32,712 nt of DNA from Chloroflexia bacterium (GCA_038231875.1 JBBSIX010000002.1:1-32712); one strand, 5' to 3'; shown: positions 24,264-32,663, numbered from the stretch's first letter. Notes: generated from the letters alone by a model not told the origin. A program made the numbers and translations.

Positions 24264-26690
24264 CTACACGTCGCGGCGCCTGCGTAACACCAGTACACCT
24301 GCGCTCAGGAGGGCCAGGCCCAGTACACCTGTGAGCCGCGCCAACCACGGAGCAGCCTCGCCGGTTCCCGGCATGCCGGGGCCGGGCGGGGGCGGGGGCG
24401 GGGGCGCGGCAACGGTGGGCGGCGACGTCGAGGGCGCTGTGGAGGCCGGCGGGGGCGCACTCGTGGGGGCAGCCGGTGGTGTGGAGGCTCCCCCGCTCAC
24501 TGAGGTGGCGGGAGGTTGGACGGGCTGGATGGTCGGCACGGTTTCCGTCCGGGAGGCGGGAGGGGTTGAGCCTGGCGCCCGCGTTGCGGAAGCTGCGGCG
24601 GTAGGGGTAACGGCCACAGCCTGTGCGATAGTAACCACCACCGAGGCGGTGCCGCTCAAGTTGAAGCTGTTGGTCGCCTTGAGCGTAATGGTGTGCTTGC
24701 CCAGCTTGAGGTTGGTAAGGTTGAGCAGGTCGCCCTTACCCAGTTCGCCCTGTATGTCCGAGGTCCACACAAGCTGGTCGTTGCCGGTCAGGTCCTCGTC
24801 CTGCAAGTCGTAGCCGATGCCCTGTAGCGAAACAGGGATGCCTACCGCGAAGGTAGCGTTGGAGTCGGGAGTTTCGATCTCCACCTCCGGCGCCTTGGGG
24901 GCCACAGAGAAAGGCTCGCTCACGGCTTCGGCGGCGTTCACGCCGTCCGTGACCGTTATGCGGAAGCGAGCGGTGGCGCCTCGACTGCCGGCCAGGTCGC
25001 TGAAGTCTACCGTTGTCTGTGTGGCCTGCAAGTCAGTATCCAATATTTCCCAGTTTTGACCGTCAGAACTGTACTCTAAGTCGTAGTATAGCTTATCGCC
25101 ATCGGCGTCCGCGGCTTCCCACTTGACGGTGAAGCTGCCGGCGTTGACCGCTTCGCCGCCTACCGGGGAGACGAACTGCACGATAGGCACGTTGGGGCTG
25201 ACCGGCCGATTCTTCAGCGTCTGGTTTCCCTTGACGATACTAAACTGCGTGGTGCCCTCAGGGAAAGGCATGTCGGCCACGAAGAAGGCATTGTTGAGCA
25301 GCCTTGGGTTGTCCACCACGTCGAACTTGACTTCGAGGGCGGTCGAGGCCAGCACTGCGCCGTTGGCGTCGAGGGCCTGCAAAGTATAGGCGCCGGTGCT
25401 GTTCTGCTGGGTGCCTTGCTCATCGTAGTCGTACCAGGGTTCCAGTTGCACCGAGCCGTCGGAGCCGATGAAGCCTTGTGCATATATCCAGCGCTGCGTC
25501 TCAGCGTTCGGGGGGGCGGCCAGGTGCATCAGACGAACCGCGCCGCCGCCGGGGGCAAGGCCGTCGAAGATGCGGTTCCAGTCGGCAGGCGACACCCAGT
25601 TACGCTCTTGCGGCGCGCCGCTGCCCATGAAGCTCGCCATATTGGGTAGTAGACCGCGCCCGCTGATGTCGAAAGGCACATCGGTTTCGGCCTTGATGAG
25701 GTTGGCCCCCGAACTTTCAAAGCTCACCGCTTGCGAGTTTTGGCAGCTGTACGGCTTATCGTTCGTGTTGAGGTCCTTGCCTACATAGCTGGGCACCGGC
25801 GGGTTGACCGCGCAGTTGTAGGAGCCGTCGTTGTACTCATCGCCCAGGTTGTAGTTGTGGCCCACCTCGTGAGCGACGGTGGCTGCCGCGTCCTGGTCGC
25901 TTTCCACCACTATGTTCGTGTTGAAGCCCATCGTGAAGCCTTGCAAGTCGCCTTTCGGACCCATGCGGTCCTTCACAAAAGCCACCACTTTATCGTAGCA
26001 CTGGGCCTCGGGCGGGCGCGGGGTCTGGAAGCACTCTTTAGGCTGCAACTGGGCGACCTTATCGAACAGCTGCGTCTGACCTGCCTCGGTAGTGAGATTA
26101 TATTCAGCGCCCGAAGCGTCTACTTCGTCGCCCATCGTCCAGGTAAAGCGGTCCGCCGACATCGGATAGACCTGTCGGAGGAACTCGCCCATCCGCCGCC
26201 ACGAGCCGGTCGTCACGCGCACGTCGCCGGAGCCGTAGTTGGCGCGGACAGGCACGGCCAGCACCCGCAGGCCGTTACGCTCCTGGAAAGTGGCGGTGGC
26301 CTGGGAGGTAGCGCCGTTCACGGTGGCGACGAAAGTGTAATCGCCGGCTACCCAGTTGCCGCAGGCCGCCGCGCTGGGGCAGAGGAAAACAAGGGTGTTC
26401 GTAGAGGCTGAGGGGGAGGGTTGCAGGGTGGCTACCTTGTTGCCTCCAAGCATTATGTCAACCTGCTGTTGGCTCGCGTCAGCCGCTGTCGGCTGGTCCA
26501 GGTAGACCAGGACGGCGGCATCTTTGCCCGCGACGAATTTGTTGGACTGGTTGCCCAGCGTCTGGACTACCAACACTTTGCTTATTGCCGGGGTCTGAGC
26601 ATGGCTCAAGCCGGTGGTCATGTGGAGCACCGGCAACAGGACCGAAAAGATTACCAGGGCGCGCAAGCACGTTGCGACAGACTTTTTCAC
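24264..26690 (-). CDS. Secreted, C-terminally anchored zinc metallopeptidase-like protein (HExxH...DEY) with two Ig/FN3-like domains, a Pro/Thr/Ser linker and a sorting-signal-like tail
   Basis: Signal peptide MKKSVATCLRALVIFSVLLPVLHMTTGLSHA. VAHEVGHNYNLGDEY resembles M6/M64-type motifs (from memory). Beta-sandwich-like repeats are present. The tail is PPPPPPPGPGMPGTGEAAPWLARLTGVLGLALLSAGVLVLRRRRDV. Confidence 0.8.
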   Translation of the reverse strand: MKKSVATCLRALVIFSVLLPVLHMTTGLSHAQTPAISKVLVVQTLGNQSNKFVAGKDAAVLVYLDQPTAADASQQQVDIMLGGNKVATLQPSPSASTNTLVFLCPSAAACGNWVAGDYTFVATVNGATSQATATFQERNGLRVLAVPVRANYGSGDVRVTTGSWRRMGEFLRQVYPMSADRFTWTMGDEVDASGAEYNLTTEAGQTQLFDKVAQLQPKECFQTPRPPEAQCYDKVVAFVKDRMGPKGDLQGFTMGFNTNIVVESDQDAAATVAHEVGHNYNLGDEYNDGSYNCAVNPPVPSYVGKDLNTNDKPYSCQNSQAVSFESSGANLIKAETDVPFDISGRGLLPNMASFMGSGAPQERNWVSPADWNRIFDGLAPGGGAVRLMHLAAPPNAETQRWIYAQGFIGSDGSVQLEPWYDYDEQGTQQNSTGAYTLQALDANGAVLASTALEVKFDVVDNPRLLNNAFFVADMPFPEGTTQFSIVKGNQTLKNRPVSPNVPIVQFVSPVGGEAVNAGSFTVKWEAADADGDKLYYDLEYSSDGQNWEILDTDLQATQTTVDFSDLAGSRGATARFRITVTDGVNAAEAVSEPFSVAPKAPEVEIETPDSNATFAVGIPVSLQGIGYDLQDEDLTGNDQLVWTSDIQGELGKGDLLNLTNLKLGKHTITLKATNSFNLSGTASVVVTIAQAVAVTPTAAASATRAPGSTPPASRTETVPTIQPVQPPATSVSGGASTPPAAPTSAPPPASTAPSTSPPTVAAPPPPPPPGPGMPGTGEAAPWLARLTGVLGLALLSAGVLVLRRRRDV

Positions 26691-26745
26691 GGTTGAATAA
26701 CCTCTCTTGTTTTTTGGATTTGGGATAAAGCTGTTTGCACTTGAG

Positions 26746-26771
26746 AAAACCGGGGCACCTACACCTGCCCC
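26746..26771 (-). terminator. Intrinsic terminator-like hairpin directly after the giant gene stop
   Basis: The minus strand reads GGGGCA-ggtgtagg-TGCCCC followed by GGTTTTCTC. The stem overlaps the TAG stop by one base. Confidence 0.5.
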
Positions 26772-29700
26772 TAGCGGCGAAGATTGCAGCCTGGAAAGAA
26801 GGTGTTGGCGTCTATCTTAGCTGCCTGCCCCCTCGTCACCGGGGCGTTCGGTCGGAAGTACGGGCGGTTCTGCGAGTCGCACGGCTCGCCCGACCCTCCG
26901 CAGGGATAGCCTCCCATCACATTGCGGCGTGACAGTCGCTCCACCCATACGTAGAAGGGGCTATCGGTCGGCACGTCCGTGTAGGTCTGCCCTGTTACAG
27001 GTTCCGAGAAGCCTGCCGCGTTACTCACGATCTTGGAGAGTTGACCTCTGGAAGCCGAGGAGCTTGGCCTGAAGTATGGACGGTTGCCCGGCAGCACACA
27101 AGGCTCATCGGGTCGCAGCCCGCACGAGTACCCACCCATCACACCGGCGTTGCTCAGCTGCTGTACGAAGGTGTAGAAAGGCGAGCTTTCCGGCACGTCC
27201 TCATAGATGCGAGTGCCGGGTGCGCCGCTGAAGCCGGCGGACAGCGCCACCATTTTGGAGATTTGCCCACGAGTGATGGGGTTGTTATAGCGGAAGTATG
27301 GATCGTTGCCGCTGTTGCAAGGCTCGCCCGCCCCACCACAAGGATAGCCGCCGATGATGTTGCGACAAGCCAGGCAGCGCACGAAGGGGTAGAAGGTGTT
27401 GGAGGGCGGCACGTCTGCGAACTGTATCGCACACGCTATAGGTGTGGCCGTAGCTGTACTGGTAGAGGTGTTGGAAGGCACTGCCGTCTCGGTAGCTGTG
27501 GCTACTGCCGTCTCGGTGGCTACTGCCGTCTCTGTAGAAGTAGAAGTAGCAGCTGCTGTGCTGGAAGGTACTGCTGTAGATGTAGAGATAGGCGTGGAAG
27601 TGGCGGCAGTTGTATTGGTTGAGAGCGCTGTAGCTGTACCGGTAGAGGTGTTGGAAGGCACTGCTGTGTTGGTGGAGGTAGAGATAGGAGAGGCTGTATA
27701 GGTGCGAGTAGCAGTATTTGTGGGTATCGTTGTGCTGGTTGGGAGTGCTATAGCGGTGTGAGTGGCCGTCGAGGTCATGGTGACAGTGGCTATGCGCGTG
27801 GCGGTAGAGGTGGGGGATGAGGTGCTAGTTGCAGTGTAAGTGGCCGTGCTTGTGGAAGTAGAAGTGGCGGTAGAGGTTGTTGTGCTCGTTGCGGTGGAAG
27901 TGACCGTGCTTGTTGTGGTAGAGGTAGCCGTGTGCGTGGTAGTGGAGGTAGAGGTAGAGGTGATGGTGTGAGTCGCAGTGGAAGTAGAGGTAGAGGTACT
28001 GGTGCGCGTCGTGGTAGAGGTGTTGGTAGCGGTGCTGGTGGAAGTCGCCGTGCCTGTCGTGGTGGCGGTACTCGTCGCACTGGAAGTGGCCGTGCTCGTT
28101 GTGGTAGAGGTGGAGGTGGAGGTGGAGGTAACTGTGTTAGTCACGGTAGAGGTAGAAGATGCAGTGGCTGTGTTCGTTGTGGTAGAGGTGGGAGTGCTCG
28201 TCACAGTGTGAGTCGCGGTACTCGTGACGGTGTTGGTAGAAGTGGGTACAGAGGTAGAGGTGCTGGTGCTGGTACTTGTGGCGGTCGAGGTGGAGGAAGC
28301 AGTAGCTGTGCTGGTGGTGGTAGATGTCGGAACTGTCGTACTGGTAGAGGTAGAAGTGATTGTAGCCGTGCGGCTAGCTGTGGAAGTAGGTATCGCCGTC
28401 TCAGTAGAAGTACTGGTGCTGGTGGCTGTGTCCGTGGGTATAGGGGTGCTGGTGCTGGTGGCTGTGTCCGTGGGTATAGAGGTGCTGGTGCTGGTTGCTG
28501 TGTCCGTGGGTATAGAGGTGCTGGTGCTGGTGCTGGTGGCTGTGTCCGTGGGTATAGGGGTGCTCGTGGCGGTCATCGTGTCTGTGGGTATAGGGGTGCT
28601 GGTAGTGGTGCTGGTAGCCGTATCGGTGGGTATAGGGGTGCTGGTAGTGGTGCTGGTGCTCGTGGCGGTATTGGTTCCGGTCAGCAGGGGTAGCGGAGTT
28701 TGCGATCCGCCTGGGACGGGCGGGAGCGTACTGGTAGGAGTAAGGGTGTTGGTGGGAGAAGCGGTGCTGGTGGGAGAGCCGGGCGTGGCAGTGTTGCAAA
28801 CAGGCTGCGTGAACGTTATCAACAGGCCGTTCGTCAGGCCGGCGGTATTGCAGGAGTACTGCGTGAACAGTTGGCCCGTCCCCTTCTGCACGCCTACGGT
28901 AGCGCTGCTGCCGTTGCTGGTGGAGGCGGTGAGGGTTCCATACACAAAATCTATCTGCCCCGAAGTCTCGTACAGACGCACTTCAAACTGGGTGTTCACA
29001 CTGGCACAAGCGCTGCTTGTGCGTATACAGGCACGCCACTCGATATTGAATATCCGGTTGGGCGCAGTGCCCGTTGTGGAGGTATAGATACCCGCCGGCA
29101 CGCCGGTTGCCCCATCCGTCCGCAGGTCATCCCAGAACGGCATGATAGTATTGTTGAGAGTAGTAGTCGGCAGACAAGCGTTGCCGAAGGCTGTGTTGGC
29201 GCTGGTGAACTGGAGATTGCCGTTTGAGCTTGCGCTTGCGCTGGTGAACGGCTGCCCGTAGAAGATGAAGGTGAACGGCAAGGGGATCGTGTTAATGCAG
29301 TCGTCGCAGTGGTTGCCGGTATCGGAAGTGCCCGGATCAATGGTGGCTGTGGCGGTTACAGTGACGTAGTTGCTGCCGGGGCCGCAGGGCGCGGGGGTGG
29401 CGGTGGCAGTGCCGGTGGTTGTAGGTGTGCTTGTGCCGGTGGGGGTGACCGTGCCGGTGGAGGTGGGAGGAGTGCCGGTGTTGGTGGGAGTGGCGGTGGA
29501 AACGGGGCCTGCGAAGTAGCGCACGCTGTCGCCCGCGAACAGGTAATTGTTGGCCTCCTGGCTGACGAGTATGCCGGTGTTGCACTCATACTGCTTGGCA
29601 ATAGTGCCGGCCACGTTTTCAGTGCCGATGGTCGACTCGCGGCCATCGCTGCGGCCCACATTGAAGGTGGGATAGACCATGTAGATGTTGCTGGTAGCCT

Positions 29701-31861
29701 CGTCTATCTGCACCTCAACTGTGTTGGTAATGGTATCGCCAAAGTGGAGGAAGTTGCGCCACTCGACAATAAAAGTGCGGTTCGGGGCGGTGCCGACCAC
29801 GCTGGTATAGACATTAGAGTCGCCCGTGCCGGTGCCCACCAGGTCGTCCCAGCTAACAGCAACGGTGCCGTTGGGCGCACTGGTAGTCGGTATGCAGGCA
29901 TTGGAGGGGACTGACGAGGTAGTCTGCACACCCAGGGTGACGAAGCCGTTGCTGCTGATCGTGCCTATCGTGACCGCGTTGCCGTAGTACGTCACCGGGA
30001 ACGGCAGGTTGATATTAGTTGTATTATCATCGAAACTTGCCGTGAACACAGGGTTGTCCGCCGGGGTATAACTACGCCCCGCATTCTCCTGGCACGAGTA
30101 GCCCCCTGCGTCGGTGGCCGAGAGGGGCAAAGCAAAGTTTTGCACTGTGCCTGCGCCGGGAGGAACAGTCACCTGAGCGGTTTGCGGGGAGTAACAGCCG
30201 CTGCCTGTGGCGCTAAGGGTGTAAGTACCGGCGGGCAAAGTTAAGGTGTAGACGCCGCCGGCCGAGGGGTCGGACTGCACAACAGCGTCCGGCGCGCCGG
30301 CGGCTCTGATCGTTGCACGGAGGGGTAAACCGCTCGCGGCATCTGTTACCGTGCCGGTGATGGTGTTGCTTGAGCCTGCAACCGGCAGGAAAGGCGCGGG
30401 CGCGCTCTCGCCCAGGTTGTCGCTAAAGGCCAGGCTGTGGGCGAGTGGGTTGCCTGTCGGTTTGGGCAAGACAGCCGAGCCAAAGCCAGCAGAGTTAGTG
30501 CCTGAACCACCCACCACCTGCCCGTCCACTAACACTGTGCCGCCCTGGTTGGGCGCGAACTTGCTGAACAACAACGTCACCGTCCCTGAGCCGCCGATGG
30601 CGCGTGAAGGCTGCACGATGCCTGTGGGCACATTCACGGCAATAGGCACTTCTCTCAGGGCGGCGTAGGCCCTATTGCCGCTGGTCTCTCCATTCAGGCG
30701 TAGATAGTAGTTGATCGCCCCGCTACTTGGCGGAGCCTGCAAGAAAAAGCCGACCGAGCCGTTGGAGTCGGCGGGCACTACGGCAAGGGTAGTGTTCGGC
30801 AAATACGTCAGGGTGACATCCTCTCCCGGCTGGAAGCCCTCGCCCACCAGCGATACCGTCGTGGTGACGGTATTCGACAGCACAGCGCGGTCTATAAGTG
30901 CGCGTGCCGAGTTCCTATCGCCCGCCGGGGCGACCGAGCCTGCATCCGCGCGTTCTTCGATGCTTTGACCTGCTTTGCTGCCCACCGTAGCTGTGACGTA
31001 GGTGCTGTAGACAACTCCTGTGTCCGGCCCCGGGACTGTGCCGACGGCCACCAGAGCGCGCCCTGTGGAGTCGGCTGCGGTCTCGAAGAAGGGGGTGTCG
31101 GCCCGCTGGAACGTAACGGTTACCCCAGGCGAATAGCCCACAGCATACATGTAAAGAGTGTCGCCTGGGCGTACAGCATGAGGGGCTATCGCCACGCCGG
31201 GGACGAGGGGCGCGGCGCTCGATATTTGGTAAGTTCCTCCCGCTACTTTGCCGGACAGCAGGCCGCGTGCGATGATGCTGTAGTAGCCGGGCGAGGCGGT
31301 TTGAGCTGGGGTAGTGGAGACAAAGAGAGCTCCGTTACTGTTTGACTGAAAGTAGTTGGGCGGTATGACCCCAGGGATGGTGAAGATCACCACCTCACCG
31401 GGTCGAAAGCCGGTAAGCACGGTGACAACATAGCTGCCGGGCCGCGCAATGTCGGGCGCAACGCTCATGGCGGCGTTCCCTGAGCCGACCGCAGTGCCCG
31501 CAGGCCCGTCGCTTTCGCCGACGCCGGGGCGCATGCCCCCGGTAAGCTGTTCTTTGCCGCCTTCGCTCATCGCGGGCGGGGCTTGTGGGTTCGCGCTCGC
31601 CTCGTACACCCTCAGTGTTTGCTGGGGCCTGGCTCGAACCGACCGCTCGTTGCTGAGAGGAGCCTTGCCTGCCGGCAGGCTTACAACAGGCACGTGCCCA
31701 CTCTGCAACGCCCTCTGACCGTTGCTCTGTGCAGGCACGCCCGCCGGGCCTCCCATGGGCGCACCTGCCAGGGCCGCTCCCGCCGTCAGCAAAGCCGCCA
31801 TCAGCAGCACAAGGGCGGGCAAATACCTGAGCAGCCCTCCGATGTTTGGTTTCTCTTTCAA
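26771..31861 (-). CDS. Giant SLH-anchored surface protein (about 1,696 aa from the TTG start): signal peptide, 4 Ig-like repeats, CarboxypepD_reg-like domain, 2 NIDO-like domains, ~450-aa Thr/Ser tract, 3 SLH modules
   Basis: TTG 31861 (MKEKPNIGGLLRYLPALVLLMAALLTAGAALAGA) has GAGGAG 6 nt upstream; the track start at 31933 adds 24 unlikely residues. ITGTVTDAASGLPL...GTYTLSATGSG is CarboxypepD_reg-like. PFPVTYYG...SSNGFV...VSWDDL and PFTFIFYG...SSNGNL...PFWDDL are NIDO-like. The three C-terminal repeats follow F/YxDVPxxxxFYxxVxxL...GGYPCGGxGEPC...PYFRP...TRGQ. Confidence 0.85.
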   Translation of the reverse strand: MKEKPNIGGLLRYLPALVLLMAALLTAGAALAGAPMGGPAGVPAQSNGQRALQSGHVPVVSLPAGKAPLSNERSVRARPQQTLRVYEASANPQAPPAMSEGGKEQLTGGMRPGVGESDGPAGTAVGSGNAAMSVAPDIARPGSYVVTVLTGFRPGEVVIFTIPGVIPPNYFQSNSNGALFVSTTPAQTASPGYYSIIARGLLSGKVAGGTYQISSAAPLVPGVAIAPHAVRPGDTLYMYAVGYSPGVTVTFQRADTPFFETAADSTGRALVAVGTVPGPDTGVVYSTYVTATVGSKAGQSIEERADAGSVAPAGDRNSARALIDRAVLSNTVTTTVSLVGEGFQPGEDVTLTYLPNTTLAVVPADSNGSVGFFLQAPPSSGAINYYLRLNGETSGNRAYAALREVPIAVNVPTGIVQPSRAIGGSGTVTLLFSKFAPNQGGTVLVDGQVVGGSGTNSAGFGSAVLPKPTGNPLAHSLAFSDNLGESAPAPFLPVAGSSNTITGTVTDAASGLPLRATIRAAGAPDAVVQSDPSAGGVYTLTLPAGTYTLSATGSGCYSPQTAQVTVPPGAGTVQNFALPLSATDAGGYSCQENAGRSYTPADNPVFTASFDDNTTNINLPFPVTYYGNAVTIGTISSNGFVTLGVQTTSSVPSNACIPTTSAPNGTVAVSWDDLVGTGTGDSNVYTSVVGTAPNRTFIVEWRNFLHFGDTITNTVEVQIDEATSNIYMVYPTFNVGRSDGRESTIGTENVAGTIAKQYECNTGILVSQEANNYLFAGDSVRYFAGPVSTATPTNTGTPPTSTGTVTPTGTSTPTTTGTATATPAPCGPGSNYVTVTATATIDPGTSDTGNHCDDCINTIPLPFTFIFYGQPFTSASASSNGNLQFTSANTAFGNACLPTTTLNNTIMPFWDDLRTDGATGVPAGIYTSTTGTAPNRIFNIEWRACIRTSSACASVNTQFEVRLYETSGQIDFVYGTLTASTSNGSSATVGVQKGTGQLFTQYSCNTAGLTNGLLITFTQPVCNTATPGSPTSTASPTNTLTPTSTLPPVPGGSQTPLPLLTGTNTATSTSTTTSTPIPTDTATSTTTSTPIPTDTMTATSTPIPTDTATSTSTSTSIPTDTATSTSTSIPTDTATSTSTPIPTDTATSTSTSTETAIPTSTASRTATITSTSTSTTVPTSTTTSTATASSTSTATSTSTSTSTSVPTSTNTVTSTATHTVTSTPTSTTTNTATASSTSTVTNTVTSTSTSTSTTTSTATSSATSTATTTGTATSTSTATNTSTTTRTSTSTSTSTATHTITSTSTSTTTHTATSTTTSTVTSTATSTTTSTATSTSTSTATYTATSTSSPTSTATRIATVTMTSTATHTAIALPTSTTIPTNTATRTYTASPISTSTNTAVPSNTSTGTATALSTNTTAATSTPISTSTAVPSSTAAATSTSTETAVATETAVATATETAVPSNTSTSTATATPIACAIQFADVPPSNTFYPFVRCLACRNIIGGYPCGGAGEPCNSGNDPYFRYNNPITRGQISKMVALSAGFSGAPGTRIYEDVPESSPFYTFVQQLSNAGVMGGYSCGLRPDEPCVLPGNRPYFRPSSSASRGQLSKIVSNAAGFSEPVTGQTYTDVPTDSPFYVWVERLSRRNVMGGYPCGGSGEPCDSQNRPYFRPNAPVTRGQAAKIDANTFFPGCNLRR
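27437..28797 (-). repeat. Low-complexity Thr/Ser(/Ala/Pro) coding tract, about 450 aa, within the giant gene
   Basis: The translation is almost exclusively T, S, A, P, I and V (TSTSTSTTTSTATS...). The plus strand is correspondingly G+T rich and produces VEVEV-type artefact ORFs. Confidence 0.85.
28428..28667 (-). repeat. In-frame tandem array, six units of 36-48 nt, encoding (P/S)IPTDTATSTSTS repeats
   Basis: Plus-strand units start at 28428, 28464, 28500, 28542, 28578 and 28620, each beginning GT(G/A)T(C)(C/T/G)GTGGGTATAG(G/A)GGTGCT. Unit lengths are 36, 36, 42, 36, 42 and 48. Confidence 0.85.
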
Positions 31862-32266
31862 TGCATGCTCCTCTATGTTGGGTACTGAAACATCGTTGCA
31901 GGGCCTTGCAAGCCGTAGTAAAGAGAATAGCACTAACCGGGATGCCCTATTACTAGGCGCCCGGTAACGGCTTATTCAGGTCGGCTCCGGCTCCAAGTGT
32001 GGGCTTGGTGCACGAGCACGTTATGTAAAGTGTAGAGTAGACCGAGCCGGCAGCCTGCAATAGGTAAAATAGTGGCCTATGCAACTACGGCCACCGCCTC
32101 CGGCCACCGCCTCCGGTTGCTGTAGCCGCCGAAGTTCGTATCGCAGCTATAGACAAACGGTAGTACTCTTCAGCAGAGCTATTGTAGCAGGCTAATGAAG
32201 CGGTGTCAATACCTTCTTCAGAGTGTAAGTGTTCAGACTTGGGGTTGAGGAAACTGTACACAGTAA

Positions 32267-32386
32267 TGTAAGGGCCTGAATGCGAAGCAGAACCCCCCGT
32301 GCCTACCCTCCATCCTTGCCCCGAAGATCGGGGAATAACCCACCAGGTATGCACGGGGGGTTCTGCTTCGCATTCAGGCCCTTACA
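32267..32386. mobile_element. 120-bp element with perfect 36-bp terminal inverted repeats (MITE-like, or a structured-RNA locus)
   Basis: 32267-32302 TGTAAGGGCCTGAATGCGAAGCAGAACCCCCCGTGC is the exact reverse complement of 32351-32386. The 48-nt loop contains a small CCCCG/CGGGG hairpin. The arms carry the same core motif as 8049-8072 and 8341-8364. Confidence 0.7.
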
Positions 32387-32497
32387 GACCGTTGTCCCAC
32401 CCTTAATCTGACCGCTTACCTTCAGAGATAAGTATTCAGAGTAAGCCATGACCCTGGGGCCATCATTACCGATGAAAATACTATTTTCAGAGGAGAA

Positions 32498-32566
32498 CCC
32501 TCTGATTGCCTCAATTGCTACTTTGCCTTTGAACTCTGCCGAGTAGGTTTTACGCTGCGTTGTCAT
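32498..32566 (-). pseudogene. Remnant of an IS3-family transposase orfA (first ~23 codons only)
   Basis: MTTQRKTYSAEFKGKVAIEAIRG matches the conserved N-terminus of IS3-family OrfA HTH proteins (from memory). The downstream sequence in all three frames loses that similarity. Confidence 0.45.
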
Positions 32567-32663
32567 GGGTTTTCTCCTTTTGGTTGGCCCATTTTATCAC
32601 AGCCTTTTCTACCTTTAGGACTTTCGCTTGAACCAAATCAGATAGCTATGATAAGGTACAAGC

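Noticed and set aside
27396-29087. Plus-strand ORFs translating as VEVEVLV... or RGRGAGAG...
   Set aside because: They are mirror images of the Thr/Ser codon repeats of the giant minus-strand gene and are not independent genes.
31862-31933. 24-codon N-terminal extension of the giant ORF (MLFSLLRLARPCNDVSVPNIEEHA)
   Set aside because: TTG 31861 has GAGGAG at 6-nt spacing and starts a textbook signal peptide. The extension would bury it.
32085-32354. 89-aa minus-strand ORF and the distal part of the 87-aa ORF (32303-32497)
   Set aside because: They run through the 36-bp inverted repeats and the AT-rich debris. There are no motifs beyond the first about 23 codons of the IS3 orfA remnant.
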